Source: Escherichia phage IME178
Length of the DNA: 64,000 bases
Reading direction: 5' to 3' (one strand)
Sequence record: NC_104190.1
Shown: one piece after another, positions 1 through 9,802 of the stretch
Position numbering within the stretch: position 1 is the stretch's first letter
How the letters are laid out: each line of letters begins with the position of its first letter
The notes under the pieces: model-generated
The model's input: only the letters and a program-made list of their open reading frames with translations
What the model was told of the DNA's origin: nothing
Database searches by the model: none
Position numbers and translations under genes: made by a program

Positions 1-21
1 CTATTTGCAAGAATATATACT

Positions 22-738
22 TTATATAGTGACATTCTTTCTAGCCTTGAGTTTGATACCGAGAGATGCGAAGTAGATATAAGTTGCTAAATAGGACATA
101 GCAGATCCTGTCTCTTCGTAAGACAGAGTTCCTTTCACGTACCGCTCATATTCTGGCTCTAGATTAATAATCGTAGTACTTGGCAATCCTAGCGAATTAC
201 ATAATGATTTGAAAGTTTCTTTATCTCTATGAATCGCATAGTGAATGGCTTTCTCTGTAGGAGTTAATTCTAGATCTTTGGTAATGGCTACGTGCAAACT
301 CGCTATAGTCATGCCAATTCCACGATACGTTTCTTCCTTATTAAGAGAAGGTTTCTGTTTCTCTAGCTCAGGAAGATGTGCAAATTCTCCCTTCTTTCTC
401 GGAATCTTATTATCACTAAGTAATGCTGTTAAGAAATCTGTTTCTTCATAGGCTGGGAGCACTTCATCAATCAATACTAGAATAGAACTAGCATTGATGC
501 CTTTTGCACTAGGATCTAAAGATTTTAATGCTTTATTAGTTTCAACGTAGGAGCCTGCTAATACTACCTTTGAGCTATTCCTATCATATTTAATTTTATT
601 AGCTTCCCAACGTGCAGGACGATAATCTGACAGGAACATTACAGCATACTTCTGTTCATCAGTTAGCTTGGAGAAACATTTCTGGTTTGATTCTTTTGCT
701 AGCGCAATAAGATGTTTTAGTTTTTCTGCTTTATTCAT
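22..738 (-). CDS. hypothetical protein (238 aa)
   Basis: Long ORF in the minus-strand gene array; no motif recognised. Confidence 0.55.
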   Translation of the reverse strand: MNKAEKLKHLIALAKESNQKCFSKLTDEQKYAVMFLSDYRPARWEANKIKYDRNSSKVVLAGSYVETNKALKSLDPSAKGINASSILVLIDEVLPAYEETDFLTALLSDNKIPRKKGEFAHLPELEKQKPSLNKEETYRGIGMTIASLHVAITKDLELTPTEKAIHYAIHRDKETFKSLCNSLGLPSTTIINLEPEYERYVKGTLSYEETGSAMSYLATYIYFASLGIKLKARKNVTI

Positions 739-740
739 TG

Positions 741-1130
741 TTAAACCTCCTGAGCTTTATCTTCTGTATAGAAATCTTCGGTAGCTTGATAATGTAATGT
801 AAAGAATTCAAAAGACAGGCAATCTGATGCTGTATTTTGAATGTATCTTAATTCATTAATAAAGGATTCCTTGAAGATCTTACGGTTAGGTTTTAGTTCT
901 ATCAGTTGGTTAATAAGCTCACCGATTAATTCTATTGCATCATCTATGTACTCATTCATAAATACTGGGGATTCATAGATTATTTCTTCAACTCCGTTAG
1001 TAACTAAAGCGACTACAATTATCTCTCCAGCAGTTTCTTCAGGATAAAGATAATCTGCATCTACTTTACGAACAGTAACACGAGTTTGACTAGTAATTTG
1101 ACGATTTATAGCAATAATATAATGTAACAT
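741..1130 (-). CDS. hypothetical protein (129 aa)
   Basis: ORF tightly packed with neighbours on the same strand. Confidence 0.55.
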   Translation of the reverse strand: MLHYIIAINRQITSQTRVTVRKVDADYLYPEETAGEIIVVALVTNGVEEIIYESPVFMNEYIDDAIELIGELINQLIELKPNRKIFKESFINELRYIQNTASDCLSFEFFTLHYQATEDFYTEDKAQEV

Positions 1131-1191
1131 AATTTCTCCTAATATGCCTCCCCCAATAGAAGGTCTGGAGAGGCGTAGACCTATAAATTAA

Positions 1192-1806
1192 TTAGTAATC
1201 TCTTTTATCTTCATTAATGGCAGCTCCCAACGCCCCCATAATAGCATCCTCTAAACTTCCATGTTGACTAGGATTATTAAAATGAATAGTACAAACAGAA
1301 CTCCTAGAAACTCCAGCATCCGCAGGTGCTACGCTTCGCATATCAGATTCAAAAGCTTCTTGAGTATGTTTCAACTGTACAGAAGGGCCATAATCTTCCC
1401 CAAACTTATATGACTGCGTACTACTTACCACACCCCCACAAGGAACATTGTGCATATCCGACATTAATCTTTTATCGGAGTTATTCAGCATTGCGATTGG
1501 TCCGGACGGCCATGAATCTCGAATAGTTACTGGAGCACTAGGACGGTTCACCTCAGTCTTCACGAGTTTATAACCAGCATCGATCAGTGCATTAATCAGG
1601 TTATCAGCCGGGATGCGAGCCGTGCCAAAAATCTTACGAGCATCTTCGAGCTTACTCTCAAGTTCTTTACAGGCTTTAAGGTCGGTGTGTGCAAATGTTA
1701 GCTTCATAGATTTGAATTGTACAGTAGCAGTTAAATCTTTAAAGCTGTAATCCCATGTGTTCAGTTCATGGTCTGGTACTACTTGAATAGGCTGTTGTGT
1801 AAACAT
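1192..1806 (-). CDS. hypothetical protein (204 aa)
   Basis: Long ORF; start abuts the next gene. Confidence 0.55.
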   Translation of the reverse strand: MFTQQPIQVVPDHELNTWDYSFKDLTATVQFKSMKLTFAHTDLKACKELESKLEDARKIFGTARIPADNLINALIDAGYKLVKTEVNRPSAPVTIRDSWPSGPIAMLNNSDKRLMSDMHNVPCGGVVSSTQSYKFGEDYGPSVQLKHTQEAFESDMRSVAPADAGVSRSSVCTIHFNNPSQHGSLEDAIMGALGAAINEDKRDY

Positions 1807-1991
1807 TATTTATTCTCCAGTTTGTCTAACAGTTTATGGGCTGCTAAATTATATTGTTTAAGTTCACGGTTAAGGATTTGGTTCTCACACTTTAACTCTA
1901 GATTCTTGTTGTTAAGAATGTTGCAGATTAGTAGAAGTGCTAGTATTAGTAACAGAGAACCTACGAGCATTAAAAGAAAAAGAGTTTCCAT
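1806..1991 (-). CDS. small membrane protein (61 aa)
   Basis: Hydrophobic N-terminal segment then coiled-coil-like tail; end-to-end with neighbours. Confidence 0.4.
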   Translation of the reverse strand: METLFLLMLVGSLLLILALLLICNILNNKNLELKCENQILNRELKQYNLAAHKLLDKLENK

Positions 1992-2224
1992 TATTTGATT
2001 CCCATGTAACGTTTAAGATATACGATGAAGTCTTCTGCTGTATGCTCTACGCTACCTTGAGCTACGAATAGCTTGAGAGCTTCACGTTGTAACTTAAGAG
2101 CAGCCAACTCACCCCGTAATTTTACCAGATCTTCTGCTAGTTCTCTAGCTCTACGCATAATAGCAAAAGATACAAGTACTACGATGAATAACATAACTAC
2201 TAAAATAATTGCTATGATTTCCAT
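1991..2224 (-). CDS. small membrane protein (77 aa)
   Basis: N-terminal transmembrane-like stretch; tight packing. Confidence 0.4.
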   Translation of the reverse strand: MEIIAIILVVMLFIVVLVSFAIMRRARELAEDLVKLRGELAALKLQREALKLFVAQGSVEHTAEDFIVYLKRYMGIK

Positions 2225-2502
2225 ATTAACATCCAGCTTTTATCACACATTTGGGCATGATCTATCAGTTCATTCATTGATGTGTTGTTATCATAAATGC
2301 ACTCTAGTATATACTTTCTGTCAAATTCGTCAACCAAATATTCTATATTATTTATTACTACTTTATACAGATCTGGGACTAGAGAGCATGTATTTGGTAT
2401 GGGGCGACTGCTTAAGTCTATTTCATTATAGCCCCACGTTGTTTTAAATAGTTTGTTACTAAGTGCTGCTAATGGATTTGACCATATAATATAGCTACTC
2501 AC
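2212..2502 (-). CDS. hypothetical protein (96 aa)
   Basis: ORF in operon-like array. Confidence 0.45.
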   Translation of the reverse strand: MSSYIIWSNPLAALSNKLFKTTWGYNEIDLSSRPIPNTCSLVPDLYKVVINNIEYLVDEFDRKYILECIYDNNTSMNELIDHAQMCDKSWMLIWKS

Positions 2503-2941
2503 TATTTATCTCCATTCTTAACTTTGAAAACTTATTATACCAAACTATATGATTATCGTCAATTACAAATTTATGATAACATGCTGGTACGGTATAAGTT
2601 CCATAATCCGTGACACGCTGCACAACCTTGTGTGCACACAGTCGACAACCATGCCCTTCTAAATGAGATCTAGCAGTTTGCCAGTAATAACTATCATGAT
2701 CTGGACAATAGATCTCGACTTGCTGTTGCATTGTTTTATAATTTACACGCTCATATCCAAAGAAAGCTCCATGAACTGCAACAGCTTTCTTGATAAATAT
2801 AAGATTTAGTGCTTCTTGTTGAAAGTCGGGATGTAGCTGCTTAATCTTAGTTCTATTAATAGACCCATCCGATTTGATGAATCTATTTATTGGAAAGTTG
2901 TTAGCTTCCTCGATTAATAATTCATTTATTTTATCACGCAT
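2495..2941 (-). CDS. hypothetical Cys/His-rich protein (148 aa)
   Basis: Motifs CPDHD and HGCRLCAH suggest a metal-binding, possibly nuclease-like fold. Confidence 0.5.
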   Translation of the reverse strand: MRDKINELLIEEANNFPINRFIKSDGSINRTKIKQLHPDFQQEALNLIFIKKAVAVHGAFFGYERVNYKTMQQQVEIYCPDHDSYYWQTARSHLEGHGCRLCAHKVVQRVTDYGTYTVPACYHKFVIDDNHIVWYNKFSKLRMEINSE

Positions 2942-2942
2942 G

Positions 2943-3161
2943 TTACTTATTAAATAACTTATTTAGTTTACAGTATAAGTCTTTTGCTTGTTCTTCGGAT
3001 AGCCAAATAATATTGGGGGATGTTCCTCCACCTTTTTGAGCTAATCGTACTGTTTTATTTTTGCTTATTTCACAGGTTACAGCAGATTGATCTTCCGTAG
3101 GGCTATATCTAGCCTTTAGGTAGTTATCTAATGTTTTCATACTAAGTTCCTTGAAACACAA
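2943..3161 (-). CDS. hypothetical protein (72 aa)
   Basis: Small ORF in array. Confidence 0.4.
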   Translation of the reverse strand: MCFKELSMKTLDNYLKARYSPTEDQSAVTCEISKNKTVRLAQKGGGTSPNIIWLSEEQAKDLYCKLNKLFNK

Positions 3162-3194
3162 AAGGCCAGAACAATTAAGTCCTGGCCTCTAGAA

Positions 3195-3566
3195 TTAATG
3201 AAGTTGTTTACCACTTCTTAAAATAGTGGCCATTTCCATAAGATTTAACGTTGTATCACGCTTTTTGATTTGTTTGTCCAGTTCATCGGTACGTTTGCCG
3301 ATGTAAGCGTTAATAGCCATATTCATAGCTGAGGCGAGATCTTCTTTGGTTATCTCTTCATTATCTAAAGCTAATTTAGCTAAAGAATCGAAAGTACTAG
3401 AAAGTCCTATAAGATCTGAGGTTTCACTGGCCAAAATAGGGTTAATATTATCTATTGTTACTTCTAACATAGAGTTAACAATATCTTCACCGTCTATTAG
3501 GCCAGATTCAATATTACTCTCCCATTCCTTCATCTGCTCCAGCAATGGATTTTTCTTTTCTGTCAT
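3195..3566 (-). CDS. hypothetical acidic protein
   Basis: Start moved to ATG at 3566 (MTEKK) with AGGAAA RBS; longest ORF begins at TTG 3632. Confidence 0.45.
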   Translation of the reverse strand: MTEKKNPLLEQMKEWESNIESGLIDGEDIVNSMLEVTIDNINPILASETSDLIGLSSTFDSLAKLALDNEEITKEDLASAMNMAINAYIGKRTDELDKQIKKRDTTLNLMEMATILRSGKQLH

Positions 3567-3975
3567 GGTAAAGGTTTCCTGTATCTGTTGGTAAGAAGGA
3601 CGATTGAGCTTTAGGTGGATGTTGTTTAGCAATCCAGTTAAGAATCAGTACACGACTAGGAACAATATCAGTGTTGCACCAGAAATCATGAACCCACTGA
3701 CGAGCATCCTCAAACTTACCAAATTTATATGCTTTCTTAAACAGTTCAAACCCAAAACAATCTGGTGTGAAGTCTACTTCACGATACTGAATTACTTTAG
3801 AACCAGTTAGGTCTTGGATCGCTGCATTAATTTCTGTATGCGAGAATTTTGTTTCGTGAAACTTATTAAAGAATCGGTAGTTGAAGCGTCCGTTCGTTTC
3901 GACAAACAACTGGATGAAGAGATCGTTAAATTGGTTATCAAACCAGTAATTCTGTAGTTGTTGTAGTGCTGTCAT
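3514..3975 (-). CDS. hypothetical protein (153 aa)
   Basis: ORF; C-terminus overlaps the next gene in another frame. Confidence 0.45.
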   Translation of the reverse strand: MTALQQLQNYWFDNQFNDLFIQLFVETNGRFNYRFFNKFHETKFSHTEINAAIQDLTGSKVIQYREVDFTPDCFGFELFKKAYKFGKFEDARQWVHDFWCNTDIVPSRVLILNWIAKQHPPKAQSSFLPTDTGNLYHDRKEKSIAGADEGMGE

Positions 3976-4172
3976 TTACGAACTCCGTTAATTGCCACGA
4001 TGATGCCTTCGTACATAAAAGGAAGTAATTCAGAAGTGTAGAAGATATTTTCCGTTATTCCTAGATGTCGAAAAAGTATATTAAATAATGCTGTTAGAAA
4101 TACAATCTGAGGCAGTAATACAAAATACTCAGTTACAATCTTTGGTGCCTGATAAACAAGACGTTTTATCAT
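3972..4172 (-). CDS. small membrane protein (66 aa)
   Basis: Hydrophobic ORF; start overlaps neighbour stop. Confidence 0.4.
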   Translation of the reverse strand: MIKRLVYQAPKIVTEYFVLLPQIVFLTALFNILFRHLGITENIFYTSELLPFMYEGIIVAINGVRK

Positions 4173-4271
4173 TGTTTTTAAGTCTCCTTATTACTTTGGC
4201 CTGCTCCACAATAATAAAAACTGCGAGCACTAATAGTGCTAGTAGCCCCGCAGTAATTGATACTAAATCAA

Positions 4272-4598
4272 TCATGGGAGACGCCATACGTAATTAGCTG
4301 TCTGTAGAGTCTTAGCGGTATCATCATGGTACATTACTACAGACTTTGGTGAATAGCTATCAGCTAGTTCTTTACGAATCATTTCACACTCTTCACCAGT
4401 ATCAATATTTTTAACTATCACTTTCATGTTAAGTGGTGTTAATACAGAAAGTGGTTTCCAAGAGTCCTCAATTTCAATTCCTACCTTTTTCTCTATTAAC
4501 ATGAGAACTTCTAATGTATCATCTGGAATACTAATATTATTATTCACAAACTGTAATATCTCATGTAAGGTATTTAATTCATTAAAATTAAGCTTCAT
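4272..4598 (-). CDS. hypothetical protein (108 aa)
   Basis: ORF in array. Confidence 0.45.
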   Translation of the reverse strand: MKLNFNELNTLHEILQFVNNNISIPDDTLEVLMLIEKKVGIEIEDSWKPLSVLTPLNMKVIVKNIDTGEECEMIRKELADSYSPKSVVMYHDDTAKTLQTANYVWRLP

Positions 4599-4833
4599 CT
4601 TTAAGAATATCCTCTACCATATCACAAGACTGTTGCAATTCATCAGCAATACGTTTAATATCGGTTTTTGTTACTTTACCAATTAGCATTACCAGTAACA
4701 TAGAGAAGATAATGAAAGGTACTGGAATAACAAATAAAGCTACCTTAGCTACATTCTTTGGTGTCCATGTGTGGTACTTAGTAACCAGTACACCAACCAC
4801 AACTAAATAAAATGCGAGAATAAACATCATCAT
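4588..4833 (-). CDS. small membrane protein (81 aa)
   Basis: Two hydrophobic segments. Confidence 0.45.
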   Translation of the reverse strand: MMMFILAFYLVVVGVLVTKYHTWTPKNVAKVALFVIPVPFIIFSMLLVMLIGKVTKTDIKRIADELQQSCDMVEDILKDEA

Positions 4834-5111
4834 TTTTTAATCTCCGTAATTATCTGCGCACGCATTACTTTAGCAGGCAATTTATTGTTTCCAACTATTA
4901 CTTCAATATTATTTAACTTTTCTTTAAGAATATCTGAACGTCTTTGGGCCAGTTCAATATCTTGTTCTTGTTCTAGTAAACGGTGGTGCAATCCGCTGTT
5001 AGTAATGAGCATACCTTCCATATTTTTTCGTATGCTTACAATACCAATAATTCCACCAATCGCTGCTAGTGTCATAAGCACTAGCAGTCCAATAAGAATT
5101 TCAATTAACAT
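4830..5111 (-). CDS. membrane-anchored coiled-coil protein (93 aa)
   Basis: N-terminal transmembrane stretch plus charged helix. Confidence 0.45.
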   Translation of the reverse strand: MLIEILIGLLVLMTLAAIGGIIGIVSIRKNMEGMLITNSGLHHRLLEQEQDIELAQRRSDILKEKLNNIEVIVGNNKLPAKVMRAQIITEIKK

Positions 5112-5274
5112 TAAATACCCTTACATTTTTCGTTATTTGGAGTTACTTTGCAAATCTCTACATTTAGCTCATGGAGAGACTTGTCTACTTCAGTTAAGTG
5201 TATGTTAAGAGCAACCATATTATATATTAGTACTCCTATAAGGAATGACAGTATTGAAATTGATACTCTTTCCA

Positions 5275-5544
5275 TTATTTCTTACCTTTCAGTTGCTTAA
5301 CTTCACGCTCAAAAGATGCTGCACGACGTTCGGCAGTCGCTTGATGCTCTTTAGCAAAACGTGCTTCCTGTTTTGCAAGGTTGAATGCCATAGCATTCTT
5401 ATTCAGAGAATCATACATCTTTTTCATTGCCGGAATAGACATCTTCATGAGCTGACCCTCAAAACCCTGCATGTCGAGGAGAATTGCCAGAACGTTAGCC
5501 ATTTCATTTTTAGTCATGTTTTCCATTAGAATTTCCTCTCTCAT
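5275..5544 (-). CDS. hypothetical protein (89 aa)
   Basis: ORF directly downstream of a conserved promoter/leader motif. Confidence 0.5.
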   Translation of the reverse strand: MREEILMENMTKNEMANVLAILLDMQGFEGQLMKMSIPAMKKMYDSLNKNAMAFNLAKQEARFAKEHQATAERRAASFEREVKQLKGKK

Positions 5545-5600
5545 TAATTTATGAACTTATTATACAGAATTTTAAGGCTTAAAGCAACTGAATTTTTTAA
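5545..5600 (-). promoter_or_regulatory. T5-type sigma70 early promoter plus conserved leader
   Basis: Minus-strand TTGCTT, 17-bp spacer, TATAAT (5559-5564), then the conserved AATTAATGAGAG-type leader. Confidence 0.55.
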
Positions 5601-5604
5601 TTAC

Positions 5605-6036
5605 TTACCAATCGTTAACAACGCCAGAGAACTCAGAAGCAAAAACTTTTTCAAATTTCTCTGCAATTTCAGGATGATCTTTGCAGATCAGCTCAATACA
5701 GGCTTCTGGAGTCATTCCTTCATCTTCAGGATCACCATAGTATTTATCCCAAAGATCATCAGGAACGATATGCTCCGCCAAATCTTGGAAAGAGATTAAC
5801 TGATAACGTTCTGCCTCCTCAGGGATAAGAATTTCGCACAGATCTTTATCTATATCGCTACGATAATCCGCAATTAATAGGGCATTGCAAGCATGGCATT
5901 CCCAGACCATCAAACGTTCAGAGATAGGATTAGACTTATCCTGAACGTAAGACTGGAACAAGGTTCGGAAAGTTGCCTTAACTTGTTCAAACTTATCTGC
6001 TGCTGCGAAAACTAGAGCTTTATCAACTTTGTTCAT
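5605..6036 (-). CDS. hypothetical acidic protein (143 aa)
   Basis: ORF downstream of promoter motif. Confidence 0.5.
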   Translation of the reverse strand: MNKVDKALVFAAADKFEQVKATFRTLFQSYVQDKSNPISERLMVWECHACNALLIADYRSDIDKDLCEILIPEEAERYQLISFQDLAEHIVPDDLWDKYYGDPEDEGMTPEACIELICKDHPEIAEKFEKVFASEFSGVVNDW

Positions 6037-6054
6037 TTTGATTCCTTCTCATCA

Positions 6055-6105
6055 ATTTATAAAGTAATTATACAGAAACTTAAGCATTTTAGCAAATAAA
6101 ACTTT
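6055..6105 (-). promoter_or_regulatory. T5-type sigma70 promoter
   Basis: Minus-strand TTGCTA, 17 bp, TATAAT (6067-6072), conserved leader. Confidence 0.55.
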
Positions 6106-6203
6106 TAATTAAGATGCCTAATCCTGTACCAATAGCAATACAAATGATTATAAGTATTGCTATCGCTTGTATAATTCGTTTAATAATAGCCTCAGCTATA
6201 TAC

Positions 6204-6794
6204 TCAGACATTTATATCACCACGTAATACAGCAGCTACATCTTCCCCTATTTGTAATACTTCACCGGTAGTACAATTAACTACTCTGTCATAGCTAGTA
6301 AACTTACCAGACACAATATCCTCTAGTGGAACTGGAGTTTTACTCATTTCAAATGAGACATTAATATAACGTGGGTCACGTAAAGAAATAGTATGTACAT
6401 GTCCGTGAATATTTAGTTTGCCACGAAGTTCATTAGGATGTAAAGGGCAGTGAGATAGCCAAAACTTTTTGCCACCTCCAGTCTGTTTACCTAGAGTCTG
6501 AATATCATCATAAACTTCTGCTAAGTCCCTAATGCTCAGTCCTTGACGTTCCGCATCGTGGTTGCCCATTATAAGTTGGTTAGGAACATTGTGGATAACC
6601 GACTTTAATTTGGCCAGACCTTCACGACCTACTGCAATATCTCCTAGCAAGATAAGTTTTGTTCGTTTACCAATATGCTTGGACAAAGTATCTAGAATAT
6701 ACTCATCATGCTCTTTCATGTTCTTAAACCACGGGCGGAAACGCAACGCTCCAGGGTGGTCTAGGTGCAAGTCTGACCAGAATTTAACTTTCAT
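6204..6794 (-). CDS. calcineurin-like metallophosphoesterase
   Basis: Motifs DLHLDH, GDIAVGR, GNHD and GHVH typical of the metallophosphatase fold. Confidence 0.7.
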   Translation of the reverse strand: MKVKFWSDLHLDHPGALRFRPWFKNMKEHDEYILDTLSKHIGKRTKLILLGDIAVGREGLAKLKSVIHNVPNQLIMGNHDAERQGLSIRDLAEVYDDIQTLGKQTGGGKKFWLSHCPLHPNELRGKLNIHGHVHTISLRDPRYINVSFEMSKTPVPLEDIVSGKFTSYDRVVNCTTGEVLQIGEDVAAVLRGDINV

Positions 6795-7083
6795 TACTCT
6801 TTTCCTTATTCTGTATTAAACTGTCAACCCAAGAGGTTAATACTTTGGTTTTAAACTCCTCGGGAGTTTCTCCTTCCCTAAGGTCTACCTCATTAAGATA
6901 GGTAGTAAGCCTTGTTTCTATCTCTATTTCAGTAGGAGAATTAAAACAAAAATTGACTGCTATTCCAGAATATATTACTCCGGTATCTCCTTTGACGAAA
7001 GCATTAACTAATGCTCTCCAACGAAGGGCATCAATACGCATTGCTCGTAATTCTTCTCGTATTTCCTTCATTCTATCATTCAT
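6784..7083 (-). CDS. hypothetical protein (99 aa)
   Basis: ORF in array. Confidence 0.45.
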   Translation of the reverse strand: MNDRMKEIREELRAMRIDALRWRALVNAFVKGDTGVIYSGIAVNFCFNSPTEIEIETRLTTYLNEVDLREGETPEEFKTKVLTSWVDSLIQNKEKSNES

Positions 7084-7691
7084 TAAAGAATCCTCTGTAC
7101 ACCGCAGCTATTATTTTTGTCTGTGGTAAATGTGGTGATTTTGCCAGTTTCATCATTAACTTGCGCAACCGTCAACTGCCCGTTGAAAACACCGCCAGTA
7201 TCAAGGTAAACACGGTTTTTATAAAGAAGTGGGTAAGGTACTCCAGTATGCCCATGAAACACGAAATCTACCCCTTTAACTTCTGGCACTTCTACCATGT
7301 ATTTTTCTTTAAATCCTGAATAACGCTGGAAATACGGGTGTTCCTCACCATTTTTGGACAAGTAGAAGCCTATTTCTTGGATTACATCTCGATCCCATAA
7401 ATATGGTTCAATATGGTACCCAGGATGGTCATGTGGGTCTTCCTTAGCTGCTTCTACTTGTGCAATAAGATTATCCCATACTGGGGTTTCTACCTCATTA
7501 CCGCATTCTTTGTATGTAAAAGGTACACCACCGTGAACAACACCATACTTCTTACCACGATGTCTAACAGTTAGGAATACTGGCATTTTTTTCAGCCATA
7601 TCTTCGGCGATATTTTTAATGGTGTCTGCATCCAGCTCTTCCATAGCCCATATACCACCGTTATACATCCAATTAGCCCAATCTCCTGCAA
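7083..7691 (-). CDS. Ser/Thr protein phosphatase, C-terminal fragment
   Basis: VVHGGV and FVFHGHT resemble the C-terminal half of lambda-type PPP phosphatases; N-terminal half lies in another frame. Confidence 0.6.
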   Translation of the reverse strand: MQEIGLIGCITVVYGLWKSWMQTPLKISPKIWLKKMPVFLTVRHRGKKYGVVHGGVPFTYKECGNEVETPVWDNLIAQVEAAKEDPHDHPGYHIEPYLWDRDVIQEIGFYLSKNGEEHPYFQRYSGFKEKYMVEVPEVKGVDFVFHGHTGVPYPLLYKNRVYLDTGGVFNGQLTVAQVNDETGKITTFTTDKNNSCGVQRIL

Positions 7692-7959
7692 TCATAAATT
7701 GGTCGTGATTACCACGGACACTGATAAAATGTGGATTATATAGGAATTTGGCTAAAACTTGTAGGTTTTGTGTGCCTCGGTCAATTAAGTCACCAACACA
7801 TACTAAGCAATCTTTCTTGCTATTATACCCAGCTAATTTCAACGCATCTTCCAGCAAATCATTGCATCCATGAATATCACCGACGAAAAACAAGTTGGCG
7901 TCATCCGGCACTACTAGAGTTTTATGTATATTAAATTCTTTTTTCATAATTATTCCCAA
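7564..7959 (-). CDS. Ser/Thr protein phosphatase, N-terminal fragment
   Basis: GDIHG, GDLIDRG and GNHD PPP motifs; ORF ends just after an A7 run. Confidence 0.65.
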   Translation of the reverse strand: MGIIMKKEFNIHKTLVVPDDANLFFVGDIHGCNDLLEDALKLAGYNSKKDCLVCVGDLIDRGTQNLQVLAKFLYNPHFISVRGNHDQFMIAGDWANWMYNGGIWAMEELDADTIKNIAEDMAEKNASIPNC

Positions 7960-8195
7960 ATAACAGTTAAAATAGTTGTGCCATACTCATTAGATAGTTG
8001 GAGAGTATATCCCTCTTTATAGATGGCTTTTATAGCTTCATAACTAATTTCATCACGATTAAACTGTACAAAAGAACCTCCAATCTCCACAGAAGAAACT
8101 ATTCTCTTTTTAACATACTTATACGTTTTCTTCTTGCTCTTAAGGAGTGCAGCTCTATTTATCCTGGCTAAACGTTTTGCTTGTTCCGCTAACAT
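7950..8195 (-). CDS. hypothetical protein (81 aa)
   Basis: ORF in array. Confidence 0.4.
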   Translation of the reverse strand: MLAEQAKRLARINRAALLKSKKKTYKYVKKRIVSSVEIGGSFVQFNRDEISYEAIKAIYKEGYTLQLSNEYGTTILTVIWE

Positions 8196-8199
8196 TTAA

Positions 8200-8577
8200 T
8201 TATCTCCAGTGGTTAGTATGCTTCTCAGCTTCCTCATCGTTAGGCTCAAAGACAACATGGCAGTCAACTGCTTCCCAAAAAGCCTCACGGATTAAAGAGT
8301 TTTTAGCTGAAATGTCTAATTCTCCCCACTCTTCTAAAGTCTCTAGGTCTGTATCAACTTCGGTATCACAGCCAACCAGCCCCAAAGAAACAACAATAGT
8401 AACGCGATCTTCACGTTGTTCGGGATAAACATCAGCATATTCCCAAGCAGCTTCTTCAACATAATATTGTTGTTCCTTTTCTGGAAGTGACTTATACTTT
8501 TCTTCTGTAATACCCATCTCAACAGCACGAGTACCACAAACTACATTGTTATTAATAATTAGATATGCATAGTTCAT
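8200..8577 (-). CDS. hypothetical acidic protein
   Basis: Start moved to ATG 8577 with AGGAG RBS. Confidence 0.45.
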   Translation of the reverse strand: MNYAYLIINNNVVCGTRAVEMGITEEKYKSLPEKEQQYYVEEAAWEYADVYPEQREDRVTIVVSLGLVGCDTEVDTDLETLEEWGELDISAKNSLIREAFWEAVDCHVVFEPNDEEAEKHTNHWR

Positions 8578-8656
8578 CGTAATACTCCTATTTCTTGAGT
8601 GGCAAAGATGTCCATTAATATGGCTAAAATCCCTGCAAAGATAGATGATGTAATCA

Positions 8657-8911
8657 TTATCTCCACCGTGGATAGTCATTACAAGTATATTTAAATTCAA
8701 TTTTCTGAGTAGGAGTAAATATCATATCACCATTGGTGCTAATAGATGTAAGAGTAGTAGATACTGTTCGCATTTCTTGCGTTTGTACACAGTTCTGGGC
8801 TGCCATTTCTTGGGCATCCTTAGCTTTATAATAGGCTTGTACCACCACTAAAGCAGTAGCTACTATACCAAGTCCAACCACTACCTTACCTAAGTGATTA
8901 TATAATATCAT
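8657..8911 (-). CDS. small membrane protein (84 aa)
   Basis: N-terminal transmembrane segment; promoter motif just upstream. Confidence 0.45.
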   Translation of the reverse strand: MILYNHLGKVVVGLGIVATALVVVQAYYKAKDAQEMAAQNCVQTQEMRTVSTTLTSISTNGDMIFTPTQKIEFKYTCNDYPRWR

Positions 8912-8929
8912 TAATTAATCCTCTCATCA

Positions 8930-8972
8930 ATTTATATAAATATTATACCAAAATTTTTAGCAAAAAGCAAGT
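8930..8972 (-). promoter_or_regulatory. T5-type sigma70 promoter
   Basis: Minus-strand TTGCTT, 17 bp, TATAAT (8942-8947), conserved leader. Confidence 0.5.
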
Positions 8973-8978
8973 AAAATA

Positions 8979-9006
8979 AAAGCCTGATCTGCTAAGATCA
9001 GGCTTT
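8979..9006 (-). terminator. rho-independent terminator
   Basis: Perfect hairpin AAGCCTGATC/GATCAGGCTT followed by a T-run on the minus strand. Confidence 0.6.
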
Positions 9007-9027
9007 GTTTATTAGTCTTCTGGATTA

Positions 9028-9303
9028 TCATCCAGGAAATTTTTTAATAGCTTCGTGCATAGTTTCTTTACGAAGCTGACGTCCAATCAGAATATGATTA
9101 GCTTCTACTCGACCATTAGGTAAGCGATCTGCCAGAACTACTACAGGAACTTGGCGCACACCAAATTTCTGCATTAATTCTGTATTATCAGTCTCTTTGT
9201 GGACTTCCAAATTATAGTCATTGACTACTTTATCAAATACTGGCTCAAACATTTTGCAAGGGTTGCAAGTGGAACCTTTCAATAGATATACTAATTTACT
9301 CAT
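9028..9303 (-). CDS. thioredoxin/glutaredoxin-like protein
   Basis: CNPC active-site-like CxxC motif near the N-terminus, small size. Confidence 0.6.
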   Translation of the reverse strand: MSKLVYLLKGSTCNPCKMFEPVFDKVVNDYNLEVHKETDNTELMQKFGVRQVPVVVLADRLPNGRVEANHILIGRQLRKETMHEAIKKFPG

Positions 9304-9727
9304 AGTTATTAATGGCCTCTAAGAAGTTTTTCATAGTTTTTACGGTTGCGGTGCTCAGATCAAGATTTACACCCAAACACTCGGTTAATGCTTCCTGATA
9401 AGGAGCCTTTAATCTGCCTTCCGGGACTTCTACCTTCTTATATTCTTTATTTTTGACCTTTTTAATCATAGTCTCTAGTACAAGAAGCGGTAATTTAGCA
9501 CCTTCAATATCAGTACCCAAAAGTTCAGTTAAAATTTTATTAAGATCAAGACGAGTTAACTTTTTGCCCTTAGACATAGATGCACCTACCTTTGTATCAA
9601 TAGATTTTTCCGCTTTCTTTTCGAGCTTTTTGTACTCAGGAGAGTCATGATCACGGAGTGCAATGTTTAGCTCGTAATGTGGTATACGAAAATGTTCCGC
9701 CATTTGAGTATAGAAACGATCAGACAT
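9296..9727 (-). CDS. hypothetical protein (143 aa)
   Basis: ORF in array. Confidence 0.45.
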   Translation of the reverse strand: MSDRFYTQMAEHFRIPHYELNIALRDHDSPEYKKLEKKAEKSIDTKVGASMSKGKKLTRLDLNKILTELLGTDIEGAKLPLLVLETMIKKVKNKEYKKVEVPEGRLKAPYQEALTECLGVNLDLSTATVKTMKNFLEAINNYE

Positions 9728-9802
9728 AATATATACCTCTCTTAACTAATTTATGTATATATTATATAATAACTAGGGCTAAAAGTCAACTACTTTTTTA
9801 TC

